This document shows, in pieces, positions 18,992 through 27,932 of a stretch of DNA of 64,000 nucleotides (positions within the stretch are counted from its first letter, which is position 1; each line of letters begins with the position of its first letter). The notes under the pieces are model-generated. The model worked only from the letters and a program-made list of their open reading frames with translations, searched no databases and was not told the DNA's origin. The translations under genes and the position numbers were made by a program. The stretch is from Candidatus Acidiferrum sp. Lineage in GTDB: Bacteria > Acidobacteriota > Terriglobia > Acidiferrales > UBA7541. The stretch covers positions 18,342-82,341 of the forward strand of contig DATDGB010000007.1 of the NCBI GenBank assembly GCA_036522305.1, in the 5' to 3' direction.

Positions 18992-20227
18992 ATGAAATCC
19001 ACAAGGGTTTTCCTCCTCTCCACCGTGCTACTCGTAGTTTGTCTCGGTGGTCTTTCAGCGTGCCGTCGTCATCCAGCAGTTTCCGAGGGATCCGCCGGCC
19101 CCCGCATCCTGTGGTCCTATAATTCAGGCTCAGACCTCGTCTCCGGAATGGCTCTCTCTCCCAACGGCACCGTCCACTTCGCCGCTGACAATGGCATCTA
19201 CGCTCTCTCGCCCGAAGGCAAATTGCTCTGGAAAGCCCCGCTGCCATCCGGTCCTGTCATCGCAGCCCCAACCATCTCGCCCACCGGCACGCTCTACGCC
19301 GCGAGCCAGTCCGGCAAACTCTTCGCGCTCGACACGTCCGGCAACCTGACTTGGCAATCCGCCGCTACCAAACACAAATTATTCACTCCGCTAGCCCTTG
19401 GAACTGGCGACGCCCTTTACGTCGCCGACGACTTCACCGACATCTTCGCCTTCACCCCGAGCATCGGCACCGACCTCACTTGGAAACAAATGACCTTCAG
19501 TCCCTCCGGCTCCCGCGATGACATCCTCCTCGGCACCAACACCGGCCTCTATGGATACGGCCCCGGCGAGTGGCGCTCCTCTCCCGTGATCGCTGGCGAC
19601 GACATGATCTATCTTGCCCATCAGCAGTGGCTCTACCGCCTCAATCTCCACGGCGACGTTCTCTGGTTCGTTCAATTGCCGAGCAGTCCGCTTGGGTTTC
19701 CCGCCATTGGCGCAGATGGCGTTGTCTACCTCGAAGGCCACGGTCCTCCCGTCCTCTTCGCCATCGGCCCCGAAGGCAAGCAACGCTGGGCCGTTCGCCT
19801 CTCTAACCGCTTGCTCGGCTCTCCAGTAGTCGACAACGCCGGCGTCATTTATTTTTGCGATTCCGATTTCGTCAAAGCCCTCCTGCCCGACAGCCAGAGC
19901 AAATGGTACGTCCAGGCCGAGTGCAACTCCGGCCCGGCCCTAGCCGCCGACGGCACAATTTATCTTGGAATGAACCGCCGTGACCCCGGCCGCGGCCCTC
20001 ACGCCACGTTTTTCGCCGCCTTCACTCCCGACGGCCAGCTCAAATGGAAAATCGAAGTAAACGGCTCAGTCCGCGACGCTCCCGCCATCTCCCCCGACGG
20101 CACCATCTTCTTCACCACCGACAAAGGCTACGTCTACGCCATTTCCGGCGCCGGCTCTCCTCCCATGGACTCCCCCTGGCCGCGCTTCCAACACGACGCC
20201 CAAAACTCCGGCCACTCCCGTTTCTAA
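18992..20227 (+). CDS. PQQ-like beta-propeller repeat protein, probable lipoprotein
   Basis: LSAC lipobox, repeated P.I..DG..Y / G...W blades, C-terminal WPRFQHDAQNSG. Confidence 0.8.
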   Translation: MKSTRVFLLSTVLLVVCLGGLSACRRHPAVSEGSAGPRILWSYNSGSDLVSGMALSPNGTVHFAADNGIYALSPEGKLLWKAPLPSGPVIAAPTISPTGTLYAASQSGKLFALDTSGNLTWQSAATKHKLFTPLALGTGDALYVADDFTDIFAFTPSIGTDLTWKQMTFSPSGSRDDILLGTNTGLYGYGPGEWRSSPVIAGDDMIYLAHQQWLYRLNLHGDVLWFVQLPSSPLGFPAIGADGVVYLEGHGPPVLFAIGPEGKQRWAVRLSNRLLGSPVVDNAGVIYFCDSDFVKALLPDSQSKWYVQAECNSGPALAADGTIYLGMNRRDPGRGPHATFFAAFTPDGQLKWKIEVNGSVRDAPAISPDGTIFFTTDKGYVYAISGAGSPPMDSPWPRFQHDAQNSGHSRF

Positions 20228-20488
20228 CGTCTAACATCTTCGTAACTCCATTAGAATCAATGCTTTTCACGGTCAGCACGTTGGGGGTGGGGCACCGTTC
20301 GCTGGTCTCTTGAGAATGGGGCCTTCTTCCGACCCATGTCCCAGCCTCCAACCCAACCTCAAGTCCCAATTTCCGCCTACGTCCTAGTACATCCGTACTT
20401 CTTAAAATTGAATCGTTTTTGTATCCCCAGTCCTATTGTTCCCTGGGCCTTACCCGGATACACTCTCTCTTCAATCAGGAGGACCGCT

Positions 20489-20821
20489 TTGACTGGTTCC
20501 GAACGCCGCACCACCCAGCGCTTTTCCATGCGGCTGCCGCTCACCGTTCGTTGGACGACGGGAGCCGCGGTTGGAGAAACCAGCACCGAGTCTCGGGATG
20601 TCAGCTCCCGCGGTGTCTATTTCTTCCTTTCCAAGGATGTCCGGGAAGGCTCGCCCGTCGAGATCCTTTTGACGCTTCCCAACGAGATCACTCTGGCCGG
20701 ACCGGTTCGCGTCCGCTGCCTCGGCCGCGTGCAGCGCACTGAGCCACGCGATGAAGGCGCCATCGGCGTGGTTGCCGCTATCGAGCGCTACGAATTCCTT
20801 CGCGGCGACGAAGAGAAGTAG
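20489..20821 (+). CDS. PilZ-domain protein
   Basis: AGGAGG RBS with TTG start; ERRTTQRF (RxxxR) and DVSSRG. Confidence 0.85.
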   Translation: MTGSERRTTQRFSMRLPLTVRWTTGAAVGETSTESRDVSSRGVYFFLSKDVREGSPVEILLTLPNEITLAGPVRVRCLGRVQRTEPRDEGAIGVVAAIERYEFLRGDEEK

Positions 20822-21012
20822 GGAAGTAAAGACGAAATGAAATAAATCGAAGTTGCCGCGCCGAAGTGAACTAAGTTTTTCCGCGGCAGCGCAGCAAAGT
20901 AAAAATTTCAGGAAGGGAAGTCCCCCGCTTCCTGGTTCACAGCCGCCCTTAGAGTTTGAGAATGTTTTTTGACGAGTTCCTTGCTCGCTCACTGCGGAGG
21001 CGGGCAGGATAA

Positions 21013-21058
21013 GCCGGGGTGCCTTGGCCCCTCAGCGAAGCTACCCCGGCACTTTTTT
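21013..21058 (+). terminator. Hairpin with T-tract between convergent PilZ and HNH genes
   Basis: GCCGGGGT..ACCCCGGC then ACTTTTTT. Confidence 0.5.
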
Positions 21059-21080
21059 CTTCCCGGTCTTTTTCAGCCGT

Positions 21081-21802
21081 TCATCGTTCAGAAATTTTCG
21101 AACTAGCACTACCTCTTTGGCTGGGAAGCGCAGGCCGAAGCTTTCCCGCAGCGAGCTGCGCCAGCGTGCCGAGTCGCCCGCTGAGTTCGCCTACGCTCAG
21201 CCGTCCCTCGCGGCACAGCCAGCGGATAAAATCCTCGGCCTGACGTTCGCGCTTCAGTGAGTTACATTCCGCACATGCTGACACCAGGTTGCGGTAACCA
21301 TTGCCCCCTCCCCGCGCACGCGGCACCACATGGTCGACGCACCGCACCATCGGTGTCAGCCGGTGCAAGCAGTAAAAGCACCGCCCGCCATCGCGCGCGT
21401 GGATCGCCTGGCGCAGCGTCCGGGTTTCAAAGAAATCCGCCTTCTCGAGGTGGCCTGCGTCAGGCGGACGCCGAGCGATCTTGCCCGCGCGAACCGAGCG
21501 AATCTCCTCGGCAAGCACACCGTAACCACGTGACCCGCTCGGCTACGTTCGGCCAGCCGCAGCACTCTTTTGGCAACCAGGCGTCGCACCGCTTTGCGTG
21601 CGCCCCAGACGGAAACGCATGCGCCGCGAGCCAGCCACAGAATGGAGAAGCGTAGCTGCTTCTTCCCTTCGAGTCGACTGTGCCGCAGCAAATAAGAATA
21701 CATCGCGCGGTCGAACACAGATAGCCGCAGCCCTGGCACCACCAAATCTTCCATTTGTTTCCACACCTGTACCGCATTGATCTTTTTGTTTTTCATATTC
21801 AT
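21081..21802 (-). CDS. HNH endonuclease with N-terminal HTH-like region, frameshifted near 21510
   Basis: RDGGRCFYC, VDHVVPRARGG, NLVSACAECNSLK; ORFs 21356-21802 and 21081-21518 join if one base is added. Confidence 0.8.
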
Positions 21803-21829
21803 TGTAGTGGCGGGTCTTTAGACCCGTGC
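21803..21829. repeat. GTAG-type REP
   Basis: TGTAGTGGCGGGTCTTTAGACCCGTGC; 26/27 identical to the reverse complement of 42781-42807. Confidence 0.8.
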
Positions 21830-21910
21830 TTTCTGCCTTCGTCCCGGGCAAGAAGTTCCAAGCATTGGTTTTGAAGGGCAATACTTTCAGTGGGGGGAAA
21901 ACGAGCCTAC

Positions 21911-21941
21911 AAAAAGAAAAAGCCCCGGCGAAAACCGGGGC
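21911..21941 (-). terminator. Intrinsic terminator
   Basis: GCCCCGG-TTTTCG-CCGGGGC-TTTTTCTTTTT. Confidence 0.8.
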
Positions 21942-21960
21942 ACACTTCTCTACAGGACAA

Positions 21961-21990
21961 ATTCTACTACAGCAGTAACCGCCTTGTCAA
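21961..21990 (-). promoter_or_regulatory. Near-consensus sigma70 promoter
   Basis: TTGACA-18 nt-TAGAAT. Confidence 0.65.
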
Positions 21991-22231
21991 GAACAAAATT
22001 AGTTCGCCTGTCTTGCCTCATCCCCAGGCCAGCCTCCATCACGGAATCTGCTTTCTGCCTACGTAGTGGCCGTTTTTCCGAAGGGGCCGGATCGGGCTCC
22101 AGGGTGTGCTTTACGGGGCAGATTCCTGGCATTCGATCTGCCAGGATGGCTTCAGAGTGGACAATAGTTCGACTCCTACAAGAGCCCGCGCCGCTGTCTA
22201 GCATCCCCGGCAATTCAGGATTGGAGATCAC

Positions 22232-22717
22232 ATGAATCGAAACTTAAGGCAGCCACTATGGGTGTTGGCACTGGGAATCGCCTTCACCGGGCTTAGCACG
22301 GCTACTCTTCGTGCGGCGGTTCCCGCACAGCAGGACCAGGATCAACATCGCTTTCAGGACCAGGACCATAACGACAATCAACGCGGAGCAAGATGGTCCT
22401 TTCAGCAGGGCTTGCAGGACGGCCGCCACGATCGTCAATATGGCGGCAACCGCAGCGATCACCAGCAACCCAGGGATTCATACGACCTCAACGCCTATCG
22501 CGACGGCTACAAACACGGCTATCGCAATATCCCGACCAGCCAGCAGGAGTATCCCACCCGAGTGATGAATTACTTCGACCAGGGTTTGCAGGACGGCCGT
22601 CGCGATCGTCAATATGGCGGCAACCGCAGCGATCACCAGCAACCCAGGAACTCCAACGACCTTAGCGCCTATCGTGACGGTTACAAACACGGCTTCCGCA
22701 ACATCTCGACCAATTAA
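22232..22717 (+). CDS. Secreted protein with internal duplication
   Basis: GGAG RBS, signal peptide, two QGLQDGRxDRQYGGN..AYRDGYKHG units 174 nt apart. Confidence 0.8.
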   Translation: MNRNLRQPLWVLALGIAFTGLSTATLRAAVPAQQDQDQHRFQDQDHNDNQRGARWSFQQGLQDGRHDRQYGGNRSDHQQPRDSYDLNAYRDGYKHGYRNIPTSQQEYPTRVMNYFDQGLQDGRRDRQYGGNRSDHQQPRNSNDLSAYRDGYKHGFRNISTN

Positions 22718-22788
22718 CCGGCGCGTGGCAAGGAAGAGGAATCCGGAATCTTTCAGACTCCCTTCGATCGAACGAGGAAGCTCTCGCA

Positions 22789-22864
22789 CACTCACAACTC
22801 AAAACAACACGCAGGGTGCCCGCGGTTTGCAGTTTGAACCTGGGTCTTGTGGTTGCCTTCTCTC
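22789..22864 (+). repeat. 76-bp dispersed repeat, copy 1
   Basis: 68/76 identical to 23830-23905. Confidence 0.85.
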
Positions 22865-22985
22865 CCAAGCGGCCCGCCCCAGCCCCACCCCGCGCGCAAA
22901 TACTACTCTTCGGTACAGGAGCGTAACGCGACGTTACGCCCGGCCGTCACAGTAGTAGACGAAAGTCCCTGGGAGGAAAGAAACC

Positions 22986-23231
22986 ATGAAACCGCACTCC
23001 TTCTTAAGAATCGGCTTGGTCTCCGCAATGTTGGTGGGCGCCTTCATCGCCGGGCAACATTACTCGCGCACCGCGGCTGCCCAAAGCCCCCCGAAGTGGG
23101 AATACCAGATTGTTGGTTGCGGCGTCGGCTGCTCCAGCCAAGTCGCACAGATCAACAAGCTGGGCGACGAAGGTTGGGAGGTGGTCACGCTGAACGCCAG
23201 TAATCGAATTCTTCTGAAACGCGCCAAGTAG
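22986..23231 (+). CDS. Small exported protein, DUF4177-like
   Basis: GGAGG RBS; KWEYQIV..INKLGDEGWEVV. Confidence 0.7.
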   Translation: MKPHSFLRIGLVSAMLVGAFIAGQHYSRTAAAQSPPKWEYQIVGCGVGCSSQVAQINKLGDEGWEVVTLNASNRILLKRAK

Positions 23232-23402
23232 CGATTCGTGGGCACGCCTTACACCCACCCCGCCCCCCGTAGACGATGCACAACTTGGCAAGGGGTCGCC
23301 TCTCGAACTGTGCTTTATTGAACAGTCAGGCGTCGTTTGGTTGCTTAGACTTCCCGCACTGAGAACTGTCAAAGGCCTTTGAATCCCTCAGGAGGTTTGC
23401 CG

Positions 23403-23768
23403 ATGAAAATGATGACAAGCACTCGACAAGTAGGCGGCGTTACGATTGTGGACATAAGCGGACGAATTGAACTTGGCGAAGAGAGCGCCGCCGTGCGTGA
23501 CATGGTTTGCGACCTGTTGAGCAAGGGAAATAAGCACATTCTACTGAATCTTGGCGATGTCCATTATATTGACAGCTCGGGCTTGGGTGCGCTGGTTAGT
23601 TCCTTCGCGAGCGCGCGGAAGCAGGGGGGAGAACTGAAACTTCTCAACCTCACGGATAAGGTCACAGACCTGATGCAAATTACAAGGCTGTATACTGTCT
23701 TCGACATCATGGACGACGAGGCCGTGGCCGTTAAGTCTTTCGTTCAATCGGCAGCGGCAACCGGATGA
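23403..23768 (+). CDS. STAS-domain anti-anti-sigma factor
   Basis: AGGAGG RBS; YIDSSGLGALV, GGELKLLNL. Confidence 0.9.
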   Translation: MKMMTSTRQVGGVTIVDISGRIELGEESAAVRDMVCDLLSKGNKHILLNLGDVHYIDSSGLGALVSSFASARKQGGELKLLNLTDKVTDLMQITRLYTVFDIMDDEAVAVKSFVQSAAATG

Positions 23769-23829
23769 CCGGGCGGAGGCAAGTCCCGACGTTCAGACGT
23801 TCGGACGATCTTTGCATTGCCAGTCTGCG

Positions 23830-23905
23830 CACTCACAACTCAAAACAACACAGAGGCTGCCCCAGGTTCGCAGTTTGAACCTGCGTCTTGCGGTTGCCTT
23901 CTCTC
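23830..23905 (+). repeat. 76-bp dispersed repeat, copy 2
   Basis: Core CCCAGGTTCGCAGTTTGAACCTG; matches copy 1. Confidence 0.85.
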
Positions 23906-24434
23906 TCACGCTTCCACGTTCCCGGTGGGGTCTTTGCCGTTCCTTCGCTCCAATTTCTACTTTCTGATTTCTACTTTCTAGTTTTCCTGTGGGAGATGCT
24001 GTGGCTCGTCATCAAGTGCGCTACACCGCCAGCGCTGGACGCCACAGACTAATCGTCCGCGGCTGGTTAGAGCCTGCCTCCTCGCCAAGCCCGGCATGTT
24101 GGGCACCCGGAAGGTCGCGACAGGATAACTGTGAGAAAACGTCCTGTCTGTCCCCGCTCCCCCTCTCCCGCTAAAGGGGGCACCACCCGCCCCCAGCGTC
24201 GATCAAATTAAGTTAGGCTAAAATGAAGTAAATATCTGTTGGATTGTTACTTCCTACACTTGACTTCCATGAAAAAAAAGAGCGTAGTCTAGTTGCCGTA
24301 AGCGGGATGCGCCCGTGCATCGAACACGAACGCACCCCTAAGCAATCGGGCCAAAAACCAAGGAGGCCCAAGTGCCCTCTTGCGATTCTACTTCACCCCG
24401 CACTTCCCGCACTCGGTCAAAAGGAGACAATAAA

Positions 24435-24995
24435 ATGTCGCTCACAAAAAGGTTGCTCTCTGCAACCTTCCTCGGAAGTATTGCTTTGTTTCTAGCGTTC
24501 ACACCGACAAGGGTAGTGCAAGGACGCTCGGCTCCGCCCCAACAGGCAGTCGATACCCACATGCACGCCCCGGCAAATATCATCGATGGAAGCGTCCACC
24601 CCGAAATGATTCAAGATCAGGTGGCATTCCGCCTCTTCTTCCTGGCAGCGGCAACCGGGTCAAACCCATCGCCGCAGGACAAGGAGCGTCAACGTGCAAT
24701 GCTGTCCCCGGCCCGGCTCAGTGAGGAGGAGTTGGCAATCTCAAGCACGGCTCTCGCGAACTACCAGGGGCAATACGAAGCAGTCGTTCAGAGGTTTAAC
24801 GACGCGGTTGCATCAGCGGGATCACCCGAACAACTTCCCGATGGCAAACAGTTGGTTGCAGAACTCGATGCACTAGCACTGGCAGTGAAAACAAAACTTG
24901 AGTCCTCCATATCGGGAGCCAGCTCTCTCCGCTTGTATGCGCATGTACAGGGTGAGAAGTCAAAAATGCGGGTCACGGCTGAGCAGTCAAATTAA
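24435..24995 (+). CDS. Secreted hypothetical protein
   Basis: AAGGAG RBS, signal-like N-terminus, predicted helical body. Confidence 0.7.
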   Translation: MSLTKRLLSATFLGSIALFLAFTPTRVVQGRSAPPQQAVDTHMHAPANIIDGSVHPEMIQDQVAFRLFFLAAATGSNPSPQDKERQRAMLSPARLSEEELAISSTALANYQGQYEAVVQRFNDAVASAGSPEQLPDGKQLVAELDALALAVKTKLESSISGASSLRLYAHVQGEKSKMRVTAEQSN

Positions 24996-25015
24996 AGAGC
25001 AAGGAGAACAGATCA

Positions 25016-25719
25016 ATGAAATTGAAACTTATATTTGCATTCGTTTTCGTGTGCTGGCTTTGCTTTCCGGGAACCGCTGGAGCGCAACAGGGCTATTGCT
25101 TCAACTCGAACTTCAGCTCCTACACCAATGATAGCATCGGCAACGACGCTGCCAGCATCATCCAAACGGTTCAAGTAAGCGGATACATAACGCTGAACAA
25201 TCCGGCTGCATGGGGAGGACCCAATACAGGATGGATATACCCTTGCACCAGTCAGAACAATCAGATGCAAAGTAGTACGCACACTTACAGCATCCAAAAC
25301 ATCGTGGGTTCGACTGGTGGTAATTACAGTCAGGGACCGACTCCGGCACTCAACTACAACACATATTCAATTACGATAACAGCTCCGGCCACGCCGGGAA
25401 TAGAATATAGCATTCAGACGAACGACCAAGTGGTCTGCATAACCGCAGGGCCGATCTTTGCTGGGCCGCCCGGGGTGGTACGATTCGTATAGCGGTAGCT
25501 AATTATCTCTATCAAAGCACGTCTTTTGGCATCTGCACATACAAACTGTATTGCACTCTTGGCACGGCTACGTGTGGCTTTCCAACGGTGGCAACGCCCA
25601 CGCCATGCCCGACAAATTACTTCGTGCAATACTCTCTCGTGTACAGAAGCGGAGTAAACTCAACCTGTTTTCCGGTAAGTATTGGACGCTTTTCGCTGAT
25701 ACCAGTTCCTAGTGCCTAA
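25016..25719 (+). CDS. Secreted Cys/Thr/Tyr-rich protein, probable frameshift at G4 run 25472-25475
   Basis: AAGGAG RBS, signal peptide; the -1 frame continues TIRIAVANY..CTYKLYC..TCGFP..CPTN..TCFP to TAA 25719. Confidence 0.6.
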
Positions 25720-25742
25720 GGGAACATTAAAGGAGGAGGACG

Positions 25743-25964
25743 ATGATGCAAACTGGAGGCAAGTTCTTGTCTGTTTTAGCTCTGTTGCTCATCGTCCTCG
25801 CCTTTGTTCTCAAGGCCGTGATCCCTCAGACATATCGCCTCGGCATCGGAGCCTACTTCTACCGCCTGGATTCGACTGCATTTTGGGTGTTAGTAATGGC
25901 GGGCCTTATCCTTGGCGTGATCGTGGCACTCAAGATTGTTGGCTATTGGCCCGCCAAAGCGTAA
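25743..25964 (+). CDS. Small two-TM membrane protein
   Basis: AAGGAGGAGG RBS, two hydrophobic segments. Confidence 0.65.
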   Translation: MMQTGGKFLSVLALLLIVLAFVLKAVIPQTYRLGIGAYFYRLDSTAFWVLVMAGLILGVIVALKIVGYWPAKA

Positions 25965-26012
25965 AGGGCCAGGAAGCCATCCTCCCCTATCTCCTTCAAA
26001 AAGGAGGAAGCC

Positions 26013-26047
26013 GGGTGCCCAAGGTTCGTTGTTGGAACCTGGGTCTT
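26013..26047 (+). repeat. Core copy of the GGGTGCCC-AGGTTCG..GAACCTGGG repeat
   Basis: GGGTGCCCAAGGTTCGTTGTTGGAACCTGGGTCTT. Confidence 0.7.
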
Positions 26048-26911
26048 TCACTTCGCGGAAAGGCGGGCAGCCCAGCCTTGCGCGGGTGGGTTGGACGGAG
26101 CACGCGCGACGATGAGGCCGTAGACGAAATTGCCGGAAGCGAAGCCGGCGCGCATGGCCCGAAAGGCTTTGAGATGGGAGACAATGTTGCTCCCGTATTT
26201 GGCGGCGAGTGCCCAAAAGGATCTGTTTTTTATGATGTCCAGCCCCAGGTCCCAGGTTTTGGCGCAATTCTTGTTCAGAACTTCGCGGTGCGTGATCTGC
26301 AAGCCGTTCGAAGTGAGGTATTGCTCATAGTCGTCCATGATTTGCAGTTCACAGAGCATGCCTTTTTCGATGGGCAGGATAAATTTCTCGGTCTCTGCGC
26401 TTGTGAGATTTTTTTTCTTGAACCAGTCGATGATCCCGAATGCGCCGCCGGGCTTCAGAAGTCTGCTGGCGGAAACAAAGAAATCTTCAAGGTGCTGATA
26501 GTGGGAGATGGATTCCACAGACCAGAGAACGTCGAATTGCTTCTGGAAGTCCATGGCCTCGGCGTCCATCACCAGGAACTTCACGTCGATTCGCTCTCTT
26601 GCCGCAGCCGCGGTTGCCATTTCCACCTGTACTGGGGAAATGGTTATGCCCGTGACGGTGGCGTTATAGTTTCTCGCTAAGTAAAGACTGCTGCCGCCCA
26701 TGCCGCAGCCAATGTCAAGAATTTCTGACCCGGATTTTATGTTTGCGAGCTGCGCGAGGTGCTCGACGAGCTGAAGCTGGGCCTTTTCCTTTGACTCATC
26801 CCCAACAATCCAATAGCCGTGATGCAGGTGCTCCCCCCAGAGGGAGGGATAGTAGGGGCTGATGACGTCGTAGAGCTCGATGATTTTATGTTTATTGTTT
26901 GAACGGGGCAT
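26048..26911 (-). CDS. SAM-dependent methyltransferase (tocopherol/sterol MT-like)
   Basis: WGEHLHHGYW, LDIGCGMGG, GITISPVQ, WSVES. Confidence 0.85.
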   Translation of the reverse strand: MPRSNNKHKIIELYDVISPYYPSLWGEHLHHGYWIVGDESKEKAQLQLVEHLAQLANIKSGSEILDIGCGMGGSSLYLARNYNATVTGITISPVQVEMATAAAARERIDVKFLVMDAEAMDFQKQFDVLWSVESISHYQHLEDFFVSASRLLKPGGAFGIIDWFKKKNLTSAETEKFILPIEKGMLCELQIMDDYEQYLTSNGLQITHREVLNKNCAKTWDLGLDIIKNRSFWALAAKYGSNIVSHLKAFRAMRAGFASGNFVYGLIVARAPSNPPAQGWAARLSAK

Positions 26912-27005
26912 TGTGGAAACGCTCCACTCAGGAGCCGTTTCTAGTCTCCGGCCACAGAACGGATTGCCATTCTAATTGTTGGAACGATTGTAAGCAAATG
27001 GCGGT

Positions 27006-27155
27006 GCGGGTGGCCGCGCCTTAATTCCGAAAAACGCCTTTGGGTGCACCATCCTTGCGAGTTTGTTTTTTGCTTCTCCTCCCATCCCGCTGCTCTTGCG
27101 GGATGAACGGTGGGGCCTTTCTTTTCTCCCTTTTCTAATTTCCATTTTCTAGTTG
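27006..27155 (+). repeat. About 150-bp REP/MITE-like element
   Basis: Starts GCGGGTGGCCGCGCCTTAATT; homologous to 31153-31296 in inverted orientation. Confidence 0.75.
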
Positions 27156-27190
27156 GTCGCTTTCGATCTATATCGACCAACCTCCCACAC

Positions 27191-27637
27191 TCAAATGCTG
27201 TCCGGATGCACTGCTTCGAGGCCCTTGAATCGGCTGAAATCCGTCACATTCATGGTGAGTATGTGGTCTACAGCGTGCACGTACATTGCCGCCGCTAAAC
27301 GCGCGTCGTGCACTTGAACTCCCGATACTCCATACTCTACAACAATTCTTCTCCACTCCCGGTAAACGGCTTCGCTGTCCGGCAATAAACTCATTCCGGA
27401 TTCGATGGTTTGCACTTCGCGTTCGGCATCCGCGGCGGTAAGCCCAAGCCCATTGCGGGCCGCTGGTCGGGTCATCGCGTTCCAGAGCTCCGCGATATTC
27501 TGGTGCGTGTAGTGCAGAGTTGAACCCTGGCCCGCTAGTCGGGAAAGAGCTGTGTCCACTATCTTGTGCTGAGGGTCGGAGCGTCGAGTGATGCGCAAGA
27601 GAATGTTCGTATCGACGAGACACGAAGCAATCGCCAT
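27191..27637 (-). CDS. vapC: PIN-domain toxin (VapC family)
   Basis: LVDTNILLR, QNIAELW, QVHDARLAA, TMNVTDF. Confidence 0.88.
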   Translation of the reverse strand: MAIASCLVDTNILLRITRRSDPQHKIVDTALSRLAGQGSTLHYTHQNIAELWNAMTRPAARNGLGLTAADAEREVQTIESGMSLLPDSEAVYREWRRIVVEYGVSGVQVHDARLAAAMYVHAVDHILTMNVTDFSRFKGLEAVHPDSI

Positions 27638-27880
27638 TTAGTTGTGGTCCTGATAGATCCAGTCGCGCGTAATGTTTTCCGGGAGCGGCGGAATTTTATC
27701 TGAAAACTGGGCCAGCGAGTCCAGCCATGCTCGAATTTCTTCCGGAGAGCGCACCGGCGAAGCAGCCGCGTGCTGCCTCAGTTGTTGCGCAAGAAGCTCA
27801 ACGACATAGTCTTCAACCCGCAAGCCGCGCGATTTGGCTCGGGCAGCCAGTTCATCCGGGATCTTGACTGTCACTTCCAT
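27638..27880 (-). CDS. Putative antitoxin
   Basis: MEVTVKIPDELAARA, abuts the PIN gene; TGtTAGTAT -10 six nt before ATG. Confidence 0.75.
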   Translation of the reverse strand: MEVTVKIPDELAARAKSRGLRVEDYVVELLAQQLRQHAAASPVRSPEEIRAWLDSLAQFSDKIPPLPENITRDWIYQDHN

Positions 27881-27932
27881 AAAAAAATACTAACACGAAT
27901 CGGCGCCACCAGGCGCCCAGATACCGCTTTTC

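Noticed and set aside
20224-20290. attC-like site (GTCTAAC..GTTGGGG)
   Set aside because: The right box does not fit GTTRRRY, internal pairing is poor and there is no integrase
22406-23905. Possible CRISPR or TIGR array
   Set aside because: Only two copies of each repeat, one set is coding; no regular spacers and no cas or tas genes
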